Of a stretch of 64,000 nt of DNA, positions 53,533 to 62,596 are shown in pieces. Source of the stretch: Candidatus Omnitrophota bacterium (lineage in GTDB: Bacteria; Omnitrophota; Gorgyraeia; Gygaellales; Profunditerraquicolaceae). Every line of letters begins with the position of its first letter. The first letter of the stretch is position 1. The notes under the pieces were generated by a model. It ran no database searches, was not told the DNA's origin, and saw only the letters and a program-made list of their open reading frames with translations. Made by a program: the position numbers and the translations under genes. The stretch covers positions 270,501 to 334,500 of the forward strand of contig QZKH01000002.1 of NCBI GenBank assembly GCA_003598025.1, read 5' to 3'.

Positions 53533-53876
53533 AGAAGTGCCCTTACTGTGCAGAGAAAATACAGGATGAGGCGATTAAGTGCAGGTTCTGCGGAGAATCA
53601 CTTAAGAACAAAAGAGGTTGTTTAAATTGTTTGATCGGCTGTCTTCTGTTTATGGTTGTTTCTGTGCTGGTGTTCCACATCTTTGTCTACCTGGTATTTT
53701 TTCTTATAAGGTTTTTGTTCGAAGGGGCATTTTTTGAGATGGGCAGTCACCGTTATTATTATGCGCCCATGGGTGTTGAATATGCGGGATCAGTTGTAAT
53801 TGAGATGCTGAGAAATCTCGATAACCTATGGTTCAGGATTACGGACGCTTTAGGTAAAGGTCTAACACAATTTTAA
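53529..53876 (+). CDS. Hypothetical zinc-ribbon (CxxC-x11-CxxC) membrane protein embedded in the trp operon
   Basis: '[25 protein letters not shown]' then a hydrophobic segment; start overlaps the trpF stop by 4 nt (translational coupling). Confidence 0.45.
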   Translation: MKKCPYCAEKIQDEAIKCRFCGESLKNKRGCLNCLIGCLLFMVVSVLVFHIFVYLVFFLIRFLFEGAFFEMGSHRYYYAPMGVEYAGSVVIEMLRNLDNLWFRITDALGKGLTQF

Positions 53877-53892
53877 ACCACTATACAAAAAT

Positions 53893-55071
53893 ATGAATCC
53901 GGATAAAAAGGGACATTTTGGAGAGTTCGGCGGCAGATTCGTGCCGGAGACGCTGGTGTTTGCGTTGAACCAGCTTGAGCATGAGTTTAACAGGGTTAAA
54001 ACCGATGTTAAATTCAAGCGCGAGCTTAGCGGGTATTTTAAAGATTATGCAGGCAGGCCTACGCCGTTATATTTTGCCAAGAGTTTAAGTAAATTTATCG
54101 GCTCAAGGGTCTATTTAAAAAGAGAGGATCTGCTGCATACGGGAGCGCATAAGATAAATAATACACTGGGCCAGGTATTGCTTGCTGTTAGAATGGGCAA
54201 AAAGAGGATAATAGCCGAAACCGGTGCCGGGCAACACGGAGTTGCCACTGCTACGGTAGCTGCACTTTTTGGCCTTGAGTGTTTCGTTTATATGGGTAAA
54301 GAAGATATAGAAAGGCAGGCTTTAAATGTCTATAGAATGAAATTATTGGGAGCCCGTGTTGTCCCTGTTACTTCTGGTTCCAGGACATTGAAAGATGCCA
54401 TGACAGAAGCTTTAAGAGACTGGGTAACAAATGTGCGTGATACCTATTATATAATAGGTAGCGTAGCCGGCCCGCATCCTTATCCTTTGATAGTGAGGCA
54501 TTTTCAATCAGTAATCGGTGTGGAGGCCAGAAAACAGATAAAAATGCAGGAGGGCAAACTTCCGGATTACCTGGTTGCCTGTGTCGGAGGGGGCAGTAAT
54601 GCTATGGGTTTATTTCACCCCTTCTTTAAAGATAAGAGCGTAAAATTTATCGGGGTAGAGGCAGCCGGCAGGGGGATAAAATCCCAGAAACATGCGGCTA
54701 CTTTAGTAGCCGGAAGTATCGGTGTCCTGCATGGCTCTAAATCCGGGTTGCTGCAGGATAAGTTTGGCCAGGTTAAGGAAGCTTATTCTATAGCAGCCGG
54801 CCTTGATTATCCTGGAGTGGGCCCTGAGCATACCTATTATAAGTCTATCAAAAGGGCTAGTTATTATTGTGTCAACGATAAAGAAGCGCTTCAGGGATTT
54901 AAGATGCTTTCAGAATATGAAGGCATAATACCTGCTTTGGAATCAGCACATGCAATAGCTTTTTTGCAGAAGCTACGCGGCAAGATAAAGAAAGGCTCTG
55001 TTATAATTGTCTGTCTTTCCGGCAGGGGTGACAAAGATATGGGTATAGCAACAAAAGAGCTTAAGCTATGA
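53893..55071 (+). CDS. trpB: Tryptophan synthase beta chain
   Basis: '[13 protein letters not shown]', 'HTGAHKINN' PLP lysine. Confidence 0.93.
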   Translation: MNPDKKGHFGEFGGRFVPETLVFALNQLEHEFNRVKTDVKFKRELSGYFKDYAGRPTPLYFAKSLSKFIGSRVYLKREDLLHTGAHKINNTLGQVLLAVRMGKKRIIAETGAGQHGVATATVAALFGLECFVYMGKEDIERQALNVYRMKLLGARVVPVTSGSRTLKDAMTEALRDWVTNVRDTYYIIGSVAGPHPYPLIVRHFQSVIGVEARKQIKMQEGKLPDYLVACVGGGSNAMGLFHPFFKDKSVKFIGVEAAGRGIKSQKHAATLVAGSIGVLHGSKSGLLQDKFGQVKEAYSIAAGLDYPGVGPEHTYYKSIKRASYYCVNDKEALQGFKMLSEYEGIIPALESAHAIAFLQKLRGKIKKGSVIIVCLSGRGDKDMGIATKELKL

Positions 55072-55853
55072 ACAGGATAGAAAAAAAATTCAAAGAGTTA
55101 AAGCGTAAAAACAAAAAAGCCCTGGTTGCTTTTATTACTGCCGGGTATCCAAGCCTGAGCGCTACAGAAAAACTGATAATCCGGCTTGAGCAAGCCGGAG
55201 TTGATATCATAGAATTAGGCATCCCTTTTTCAGACCCTATGGCAGACGGGCCGATAATACAAGAATCTTCCCAGGAGGCTTTAAATAAAGGGGTTAACGT
55301 TGTTAATATACTTCAGACTGTAAGAAGGGCTAGAAAGCAGGTAAGACTGCCGCTGTGCCTTATGACGTATTATAACCCCGTATTCCGTTACGGCCAGGAC
55401 AGGTTCGTAAGGGATTCGGTTGCAAGCGGAGTTGACGGGCTTATTGTCCCGGATCTGCCGCCCGATGAAGCCGCCGGATTGATAAAAAAAGCAAGGAAGA
55501 CAGGTTTAGATACGATATTTTTTGTCTCTCCTACCACATCCAGGGAGAGGATGAAATTTATAGCAAAGAATACTACGGGTTTCATTTATTATGTTTCCAC
55601 AACCGGTGTAACCGGTCCACGCAGCAATATTCCTGGTGACCTGCTGGTAAACCTCAGGGCAATAAAGAATATAACCTCAAAGCCGGTGTGCGTAGGTTTT
55701 GGGGTCTCAAACAGGGACCAGGCCTTGAAGATTTCCAGAATAGCAGACGGAGTAATTGTCGGCAGCGCAATAGTGAAAAAGATAAAAGAATGCAGTAAGC
55801 ACCCAGCCTTTATTAATAAAGTTGCAGCATTTGTTTCTTCTCTTAAAATATAA
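55068..55853 (+). CDS. trpA: Tryptophan synthase alpha chain
   Basis: '[14 protein letters not shown]'. Confidence 0.92.
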   Translation: MNRIEKKFKELKRKNKKALVAFITAGYPSLSATEKLIIRLEQAGVDIIELGIPFSDPMADGPIIQESSQEALNKGVNVVNILQTVRRARKQVRLPLCLMTYYNPVFRYGQDRFVRDSVASGVDGLIVPDLPPDEAAGLIKKARKTGLDTIFFVSPTTSRERMKFIAKNTTGFIYYVSTTGVTGPRSNIPGDLLVNLRAIKNITSKPVCVGFGVSNRDQALKISRIADGVIVGSAIVKKIKECSKHPAFINKVAAFVSSLKI

Positions 55854-57128
55854 ATGAAATACGACAAAAAAACACTTGATAACGGCTTGCGTATAATTAC
55901 CTGCTCAATGGAGGCGCGCAGGTCATTATCTTTGGGTATATGGATAAAGACCGGAGGCAGGTATGAAAACAACAGCAATAAAGGCATAAGCCATTACCTT
56001 GAACATCTGATATTCAAAGGAAGCAAGAAATATTCCTGCAGGGAAATAAAAGAGTCTATAGAGGGTATCGGAGGCAGCCTTAACGGGTTTACCTCTGAAG
56101 AGCTTACTTGTTATTTAGTGAAGGCTCCCGCTCAATATTGCGACCTCTGTCTTAATATACTTGCCGATATGTCCCTTAATCCTTTACTCGACAGCCAAGA
56201 TATAGAAAAGGAAAGGACGGTTATCCTCGAAGAGATAAAGATGTACAGGGATCTTCCGCAGAGCTATGTTTATGAGCTCTTGGATGCTTTGCTTTGGCCG
56301 GCTCAGCCTTTAGGTATGAGTATAGCCGGAAGCGAAGAGTCGGTTAAGCGCATAAAACAGGAAGACCTGGTTGAATACCAGCGCAGGTATTATGCAGCTT
56401 CAGGTATAATTGTCAGCGCCGCCGGGCAACTTGATCCGGATAAATTTGCCTCTAAAGTAGAGACAATATTTTCAGGCGTAGGACAAGGCCAGGATAATGA
56501 ATTCCTGCCAGTAAGCATCAAGCAGGCAAAACCACAGTTAAACCTTTTCCATAAAGATACAGAGCAGACCCATCTTGCATTAGCTTTTCATGCCTTAAAG
56601 AGAGACCATCCTATGAAATATGCTTTAGCGCTTATGCATATCATTATGGGCGGGAATATGTCCAGCAGGCTTTTTAACGAAATAAGGGAAAAGCGCGGCT
56701 TAGCTTATGAAATCGGGGCTGCGGTAAAAAAATTCCATGATTGCGGCTCGTTTATCATCCATGCCGGTATTGATAATACCAAAGTAGAAGAGGCGCTTAA
56801 GCTTATATTGGCAGAGGCAAAAAAGATCAGGGAAACACTTATCACGGAAGACGAGCTTAAAAGGGCAAAAGAATTTTATGCCGGGCAATTAATGCTATCG
56901 CTCGAGGATACTATGGACCATATGCTATGGATCGGAGAATCCATATCCACTATAGGCAGGCTATATTCTGTTGAAGAGATAATGAACGGTATAAATAACG
57001 TTTCCAGGGAAGATATAAGAGGCTTGGCTCAGGCGATTTTTAAGGAAGAAGGGTTAAACCTCGCCTTGATTGGGCCGGTAAAAAATATAGAAGAGAAGCT
57101 TTATAAAGAATTGTTTATAAAATCCTGA
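55854..57128 (+). CDS. M16-family zinc peptidase (insulinase-like)
   Basis: Inverted zincin 'HYLEH' + downstream Glu; 424 aa. Confidence 0.8.
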   Translation: MKYDKKTLDNGLRIITCSMEARRSLSLGIWIKTGGRYENNSNKGISHYLEHLIFKGSKKYSCREIKESIEGIGGSLNGFTSEELTCYLVKAPAQYCDLCLNILADMSLNPLLDSQDIEKERTVILEEIKMYRDLPQSYVYELLDALLWPAQPLGMSIAGSEESVKRIKQEDLVEYQRRYYAASGIIVSAAGQLDPDKFASKVETIFSGVGQGQDNEFLPVSIKQAKPQLNLFHKDTEQTHLALAFHALKRDHPMKYALALMHIIMGGNMSSRLFNEIREKRGLAYEIGAAVKKFHDCGSFIIHAGIDNTKVEEALKLILAEAKKIRETLITEDELKRAKEFYAGQLMLSLEDTMDHMLWIGESISTIGRLYSVEEIMNGINNVSREDIRGLAQAIFKEEGLNLALIGPVKNIEEKLYKELFIKS

Positions 57129-57129
57129 T

Positions 57130-58155
57130 ATGTATAAATTACTTTCGCTGCCCGTAATAATATTAATGTTGATTTTATTTGTTTTGTGCTCTTTCTTCTT
57201 TTCTGCATCTGAGACTGCGATAATCGGGCTCAGTAAAATACGCCTTAGCCATATGATAAGGAAAGGCATTAAAAGGGCAAAGAATATTCAAAATTTGGTT
57301 GCCAGATTAGACAATTTTATTGCCGCCATATTAATAGGCAATAATTTTGCTAATATCGCCATTTCTGCTATAGCTACCGGGATTTTCGTGCATATATTTG
57401 GGTATCATTGGGGCGTGATGATAGCTACCTTCACATCTACATTTTTCATCCTTATTATGTGCGATATAACTCCGAAATTGCTGGCTACCAAACATACTGA
57501 GAAGATAGCGCTTTTTTCTGCACCGATAATGGAAGTATTTATAAGGGCATTGCGTCCGGTAATACTTATATTTACCGGTATAAGCACGGTTATACTTAAG
57601 ATATTCAAAGTAGAGAAGTCCAAGAGGCTACCTTTAATAACCGAAGAAGAAATACGCACGATGATAGAGATAGGAAAAGAAGAGGGGGTGCTTACCGACG
57701 AAGAAAGAAAGATGCTGCACCGTATTTTTGAATTCGGGGACACGAAAGTCGAAACCGTGATGATGCCTAAGGAAAAGATAGTGGCGGTAAACATTAAGTC
57801 CAGTTCCGAAGAAGTCCTGAATATATTCGTAGAGCAGGGGCATTCAAGGCTGCCAGTTTATGAAGGCGCAATAGATAATGTAATCGGCATTATATATGCG
57901 CGTGACCTGCTGTATATCCTTAGAGATAAAGGGCTTTTTGTCATTCAAGACCTTGTGCATGAAGCCTATTATGTCCCGGCAGCTATGAGGGTAAGCGAGC
58001 TCTTAAGAAAATTCCAGCTGGACAAGATCCAGATAGCTATAGTCGTTGATAGCCACAAGAAAACACTGGGCATTGTCACACTTGAGGACCTGACAGAAGA
58101 GATTGTGGGGGAAATAGAGGAGGAGCGGTCCAGGCGCTTCCGAAAAAATAATTGA
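57130..58155 (+). CDS. CNNM/HlyC-CorC-family transporter (DUF21 + CBS pair, no CorC C-domain)
   Basis: DUF21 TM region, CBS pair, 341 aa. Confidence 0.78.
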   Translation: MYKLLSLPVIILMLILFVLCSFFFSASETAIIGLSKIRLSHMIRKGIKRAKNIQNLVARLDNFIAAILIGNNFANIAISAIATGIFVHIFGYHWGVMIATFTSTFFILIMCDITPKLLATKHTEKIALFSAPIMEVFIRALRPVILIFTGISTVILKIFKVEKSKRLPLITEEEIRTMIEIGKEEGVLTDEERKMLHRIFEFGDTKVETVMMPKEKIVAVNIKSSSEEVLNIFVEQGHSRLPVYEGAIDNVIGIIYARDLLYILRDKGLFVIQDLVHEAYYVPAAMRVSELLRKFQLDKIQIAIVVDSHKKTLGIVTLEDLTEEIVGEIEEERSRRFRKNN

Positions 58156-58184
58156 CCGCAACATTTTAAGGTGTATAATGAGTG
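58152..58184 (+). promoter_or_regulatory. Strong sigma70-like promoter TTGACC-16-TGtTATAAT (extended -10) for the zinc-ribbon ORF and rsfS (approximate)
   Basis: 'aaTTGACCgcaacattttaaggTGtTATAATgag', then SD 'GAAGGAGGAAG' before the ATG at ~58240. Confidence 0.55.
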
Positions 58185-58239
58185 AAGATTTTAACCGGAG
58201 TCATCAAGTTAAGTAAACAACGCAGAAGGAGGAAGTAAA

Positions 58240-58389
58240 ATGGGCGAAAAAGGATATTGCGTAAAATGCAAGAGCATGAAAGAAATGAAGGATGAACAGA
58301 AAGTAACCATGAAGAACGGCAGGGCTGCGGTCAAAGGTAAATGCCCGGATTGCAATACCGGCATGTATAAGATCCTGGGGAAGAAATAA
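58240..58389 (+). CDS. Small (49 aa) zinc-ribbon protein, DUF5679-like; not present in the supplied ORF track
   Basis: 'MGEKGYCVKCKSMKEMKDEQKVTMKNGRAAVKGKCPDCNTGMYKILGKK' (CxxC-x24-CxxC); SD AGGAGG 6 nt upstream. Confidence 0.55.
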   Translation: MGEKGYCVKCKSMKEMKDEQKVTMKNGRAAVKGKCPDCNTGMYKILGKK

Positions 58390-58413
58390 CTCCTCTTAAG
58401 GGGGAATTCAGAA

Positions 58414-58779
58414 ATAGAACCAAAGAATTTAGCTTTACGTATAGGCAAACTCATAAGGACCAAGAAAGCCCAGGATGTTGCGGTTCTGGATATGAACGGG
58501 GTTTCTGGTTTATGTGACTATTTCGTTATAGCAAGCGGGGAATCATTGAAGCAGATCAACTCTTTCGCTAAATCCATTGAAGAGGATTTAGCGAAAGAGG
58601 GTATAAAGAGCACTGTTAAGGTTTCTCCGAATGACGAATCGGGGTGGGTAGCCCTTGATTACCGTAGCGTGATAGTACATTTATTTCTTAAGCCTAAAAG
58701 GGAATTTTACGCCCTGGAGAATCTCTGGTCAGATACTAAAAGGGTCAGGCTCCCAAGAGGGCCATCAAAGAAAAAATAA
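58414..58779 (+). CDS. rsfS: Ribosomal silencing factor RsfS (Iojap/DUF143); real start upstream of the track's ATG at 58492, possibly a non-canonical ATA codon at ~58414
   Basis: In-frame upstream translation '..IEPKNLALRIGKLIRTKKAQDVAVLDMNG..' aligns with the RsfS N-terminus (E. coli '..[20 protein letters not shown]..'); no ATG/GTG/TTG lies between the upstream in-frame TAA and 58492. Confidence 0.7.
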   Translation: MEPKNLALRIGKLIRTKKAQDVAVLDMNGVSGLCDYFVIASGESLKQINSFAKSIEEDLAKEGIKSTVKVSPNDESGWVALDYRSVIVHLFLKPKREFYALENLWSDTKRVRLPRGPSKKK

Positions 58780-58830
58780 CCCTGAAAGCTTTTTCTCGCC
58801 TTATTACAAGCACCAACCAAAAGTTTCAAA

Positions 58831-60465
58831 ATGAGAGAACATATCCAAAATAAAATAATTGAGGTTATAAGAGTTTCTTTAAATAAGCTGGGGCTTAAAG
58901 AGGAACAATACGGGAATCTGTATTTAGACCTTCCTGCTGATAGAAGGTTCGGAGACCTTGCCAGCAATACCGCTTTGAAGATGTCCAAGGTGTTAAAGAA
59001 GCCTCCTATGTTGATTGCCCAGGATTTGGCCTCTATGATTAAGGAGGAAATTGCTTCTTCTGATTTAAAAGAATATATAAAAGATGTAAAGGCAGAAGGA
59101 GCAGGATTTCTGAATTTTTATTTCAGTGACCGTTATTTTTATGAAGGGGTAAGCCAGATAGCAGAGAAGGCAGAGGCGGCCCTTAAGACAAATATCGGGG
59201 GCAACAAGAAGGTATTGATTGAATTTGTAAGCGCCAATCCTACCGGGCCTTTATCAGTGGCGCATGCCAGGCAGGCTGCTGTCGGAGATGTCCTGGCCAA
59301 TATCCTCAATTTTACAGGCTATAAAGCAAAGAAGGAATATTATCTTAATGATGAAGGCAACCAGATAGAGATCCTGGGTAAGTCGGTAGGCCTGCGCATC
59401 AGAGAGCTTAACGGAGAACAGGTCGAGTTTCCCGAGAATCATTACCAGGGGCAATACATATATGATATAGCAGCCCAGGCAATAAAGGATCATTGTAAGC
59501 AGGATAATCTAAGCGAATATGCTGCGGACTATATTTTAAAATGCATAAAGAAGGAGCTGGAAGATTTCGGGGTCAGCTTTGATACATGGTATAGCCAGAA
59601 GGCGCTGAGGAAAAGCGGGAAAATCAATGCAACTCTTGAGAAACTGAAGGAAAACGGGTTTATATATGAGCATGAAGGCGCAGTTTGGTTAAAATCAACA
59701 TCCTTCGGTGATGATAAGGACAGGGTGGTTATAAAAAGCGATACAAGCTTCACTTACCTTGCCCCTGATATCGCGTATCATCAGGATAAATATGCAAGGG
59801 GCTTTGATTGGTTGATAGATATGTGGGGCCCGGATCATCATGGTTATATAAAAAGGCTTAAGGCATCTATTCAGGCTTTTGGTAAAGACCCTGAAAGCCT
59901 TACGATAATCATCGTACAGCTGGCCAGTATTTTTAAGGACGGTAAGTCCGTTGAGATGTCTACAAGGCGCGGCCAATATATAACCCTGCGCGAAGTACTT
60001 GATGAGGTCGGCAGGGATGCTTCTAGATTTTTCTTCCTTATGCGTAAGACTTCCAGCCATCTGGATTTTGATTTAACTATAGCAAAAAAACAGACTTCTG
60101 AAAACCCGGTATATTATGTGCAATATGCTTATGCAAGGATATCCAGTATCCTCAAAAACACAGGCATCAAAATAAAGAACCCGGGTTTAGATCTTTTAAA
60201 GGAGCCGGAAGAATCCGCCCTTATGAAAGAGATCTCTCTTTTTGCCTATATACTGAATATTTGCGTGAGCACGCAGGACCCGTACATGTTAACAGTTTAC
60301 CTGCAAGAGCTGGCAGAGAGTTTTCATAAGTTTTACGACAAGCACAGGGTATTGGGCCAGGATGAATCATTGACTAAAGCCCGGGTTTGTTTACTACTTG
60401 CTACCAAAACCGTTATCGCAACAGGCCTTAAGCTGCTTGGCGTATCCCTGCCGGATAAGATGTAA
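58831..60465 (+). CDS. argS: Arginine--tRNA ligase
   Basis: 'SANPTGPLSVAHAR' (HIGH region), class-I ArgS architecture, 544 aa. Confidence 0.92.
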   Translation: MREHIQNKIIEVIRVSLNKLGLKEEQYGNLYLDLPADRRFGDLASNTALKMSKVLKKPPMLIAQDLASMIKEEIASSDLKEYIKDVKAEGAGFLNFYFSDRYFYEGVSQIAEKAEAALKTNIGGNKKVLIEFVSANPTGPLSVAHARQAAVGDVLANILNFTGYKAKKEYYLNDEGNQIEILGKSVGLRIRELNGEQVEFPENHYQGQYIYDIAAQAIKDHCKQDNLSEYAADYILKCIKKELEDFGVSFDTWYSQKALRKSGKINATLEKLKENGFIYEHEGAVWLKSTSFGDDKDRVVIKSDTSFTYLAPDIAYHQDKYARGFDWLIDMWGPDHHGYIKRLKASIQAFGKDPESLTIIIVQLASIFKDGKSVEMSTRRGQYITLREVLDEVGRDASRFFFLMRKTSSHLDFDLTIAKKQTSENPVYYVQYAYARISSILKNTGIKIKNPGLDLLKEPEESALMKEISLFAYILNICVSTQDPYMLTVYLQELAESFHKFYDKHRVLGQDESLTKARVCLLLATKTVIATGLKLLGVSLPDKM

Positions 60466-60482
60466 CACTACAGCAGTCCTAT

Positions 60483-62174
60483 ATGCACCAACATAAAATA
60501 CTTAATATCGCCAGCCCAAACCCAGAAACCCAGGATTTGTTCAGGCAAGTCTTGGGTTTTTCAAATGTCTTTGCCCAAGTCCTCATAAACCGCGGTTTGA
60601 CAGAGCCTAAAGAGGCAGTTAGGTTTATCGCCGCTAAATTAGAAGACCTCTCAAGCCCTTTTTGTTTTAGCCAGATGAAGGCAGCTGTAGAAAGGATAAA
60701 ATCCGCGATCAGGCAGAAGGATAAGATACTGGTTTACGGAGATTACGATGTTGATGGGATAACTTCTATAGCCCTGGTTAAATCTGTGCTTCTTGGCCTG
60801 GGGGCTTCGGTAATACACTATATCCCGGACCGTATCCGTGAAGGATACGGGTTGAACAGGAATATTTTAAATATCTGCATGGATAATAATGTGTCCCTGC
60901 TACTTACCGTTGATTGCGGGACCAATAGCCGTGAGGAGATAAGCAGTTTGATTAACGCAGGGATCGATGTAATAATTACAGACCATCATGAATTATCGGA
61001 AGAGTCTTTACCCCGGGCAACAGCGATAATAAATCCTAAAATCAAAGAGAGCGGTTATGCATTCAGGGATTTAGCCGGTGTCGGTGTCGCCTATAAGTTG
61101 TGCCAGGCTTTGACAGGCAGGGATTTGGTTAGCGAATTGGATCTTGTTACGCTGGGCACTATCGCCGATGTTGTTCCTTTGGTCGGAGAAAACAGGATCA
61201 TAGTTAAAGAGGGATTATTAAGGTTGCCTGCTACCGCTAAACTGGGCATCAGCGCGCTTATTGAGGCAGCCGGAATAAAAAACAGGTCTATTACTACTAC
61301 CCATGTAGGGTATATCCTGGGCCCGCGCATAAATGCAAGTGGCCGTATTGCACATGCTGATTCTGCCCTGAAATTATTGTTAAGCCAGGACCCCCAAGAG
61401 GCAATGGAGCTAGCGGATGAACTTAATAACAAGAACCGCCAGCGCCAGGGTATTGAAAATAAAATATTAGATGAGGCACAGGGTATAATTGACCGTGAAG
61501 TTAATTTTAAGGAACACAAAGTAATAGTTATAGCAAAAGAGGATTGGCATGAGGGTGTTTTGGGTATAGTTGCTTCGAAATTAGCTGACAGGTTTTACCG
61601 GCCAACAGTGCTGATTTCAATAAGCGAAGACCACTGTAAGGGCTCGGCACGTTCCATCAAGAACTTCCATCTATTTAATGCGCTTATTGATTGTAAAAGC
61701 GTTCTTGAGTCTTTTGGCGGGCACAGTCATGCCGCAGGCTTATTGATTGCAAAAGATAATATAGATTCCTTCAGGAAATATATAAATGATATAGCTTCAC
61801 AAAGGCTTGATGCCGCTGATTTAATACCGTGTATTGATATTGATGCAGAATTGGGTTTAGCAGATATCAATAATAAGGTTATCGGTGAAATCGAATCATT
61901 AGAGCCTTTTGGTGCGGGTAACCCGGAACCATTATTCTTGACACGCGGGCTTAAGTTGAAATCCCAGCCATGCGTGCTTTCCAGGGATACGCTTAAATTT
62001 TGGGTGACTGACGGAAAGGTGACTTATCAGGCAATCGGATTTGGATTAGGCAGCCTTAAGGGCAGTTTGATGAGCGCGTCCAGTTTTGATTTGGTGTATA
62101 CCCCGGCATTTGATAACTGGAGAGGACAGAGTAGTACTATACTGGAAGCCAGGGATATATTTTTTAATCAGTGA
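60483..62174 (+). CDS. recJ: Single-stranded-DNA-specific exonuclease RecJ
   Basis: DHH motifs 'VYGDYDVDGITS', 'DHH', 'GGHSHAAG' (DHHA1). Confidence 0.9.
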   Translation: MHQHKILNIASPNPETQDLFRQVLGFSNVFAQVLINRGLTEPKEAVRFIAAKLEDLSSPFCFSQMKAAVERIKSAIRQKDKILVYGDYDVDGITSIALVKSVLLGLGASVIHYIPDRIREGYGLNRNILNICMDNNVSLLLTVDCGTNSREEISSLINAGIDVIITDHHELSEESLPRATAIINPKIKESGYAFRDLAGVGVAYKLCQALTGRDLVSELDLVTLGTIADVVPLVGENRIIVKEGLLRLPATAKLGISALIEAAGIKNRSITTTHVGYILGPRINASGRIAHADSALKLLLSQDPQEAMELADELNNKNRQRQGIENKILDEAQGIIDREVNFKEHKVIVIAKEDWHEGVLGIVASKLADRFYRPTVLISISEDHCKGSARSIKNFHLFNALIDCKSVLESFGGHSHAAGLLIAKDNIDSFRKYINDIASQRLDAADLIPCIDIDAELGLADINNKVIGEIESLEPFGAGNPEPLFLTRGLKLKSQPCVLSRDTLKFWVTDGKVTYQAIGFGLGSLKGSLMSASSFDLVYTPAFDNWRGQSSTILEARDIFFNQ

Positions 62175-62181
62175 TTTGAGA

Positions 62182-62412
62182 TTATTTTGCCTTGGCGAAT
62201 GCGCCTTTTTTAATGCATTTCGCGCAGATATATACTTTTTGAGGATGGCCGTTTACCAATATGCGCATCTTATGAAGGTTTGCGAAAAACTTACGTTTGG
62301 TCGAACGGACTATTTTACTTCCGGTACCGCCTTGTTTCTTGGCCATACCTTTGCGTACTACACTGCGGCCCTTTAATTCACCTTTTTTGCATATAAAACA
62401 TTTCTTTAGCAT
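62182..62412 (-). CDS. rpmB: 50S ribosomal protein L28
   Basis: '...GSKIVRSTKRKFFANLHKMRILVNG...' L28 signature; the only minus-strand gene in the window. Confidence 0.85.
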   Translation of the reverse strand: MLKKCFICKKGELKGRSVVRKGMAKKQGGTGSKIVRSTKRKFFANLHKMRILVNGHPQKVYICAKCIKKGAFAKAK

Positions 62413-62596
62413 AATTAGCTCCTTTTACGAATAATTTAGTATACTTGAAAATATTATAATGTCAAGATAGAATAGAGAATTACCTGCCTGCCGGCAGGCA
62501 GGGTCCACAGCTCACAGTGGACGGTTCACGGAAATAGTAATTAAGTCTTATTCTGTGCACTGTGCTCAGTGAACAGTGAACGCATATATCTATAAT
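62413..62596. repeat. Divergent rpmB/uvrD intergenic region with a perfect 20-bp palindrome CCTGCCTGCCGGCAGGCAGG and flanking CACAGTG/CACTGTG, GTTCAC/GTGAAC inverted words
   Basis: 'tacCTGCCTGCCGGCAGGCAGGgtccacagctcacagtggacggttcacgg...ctgtgcactgtgctcagtgaacagtgaacg'. Confidence 0.7.
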
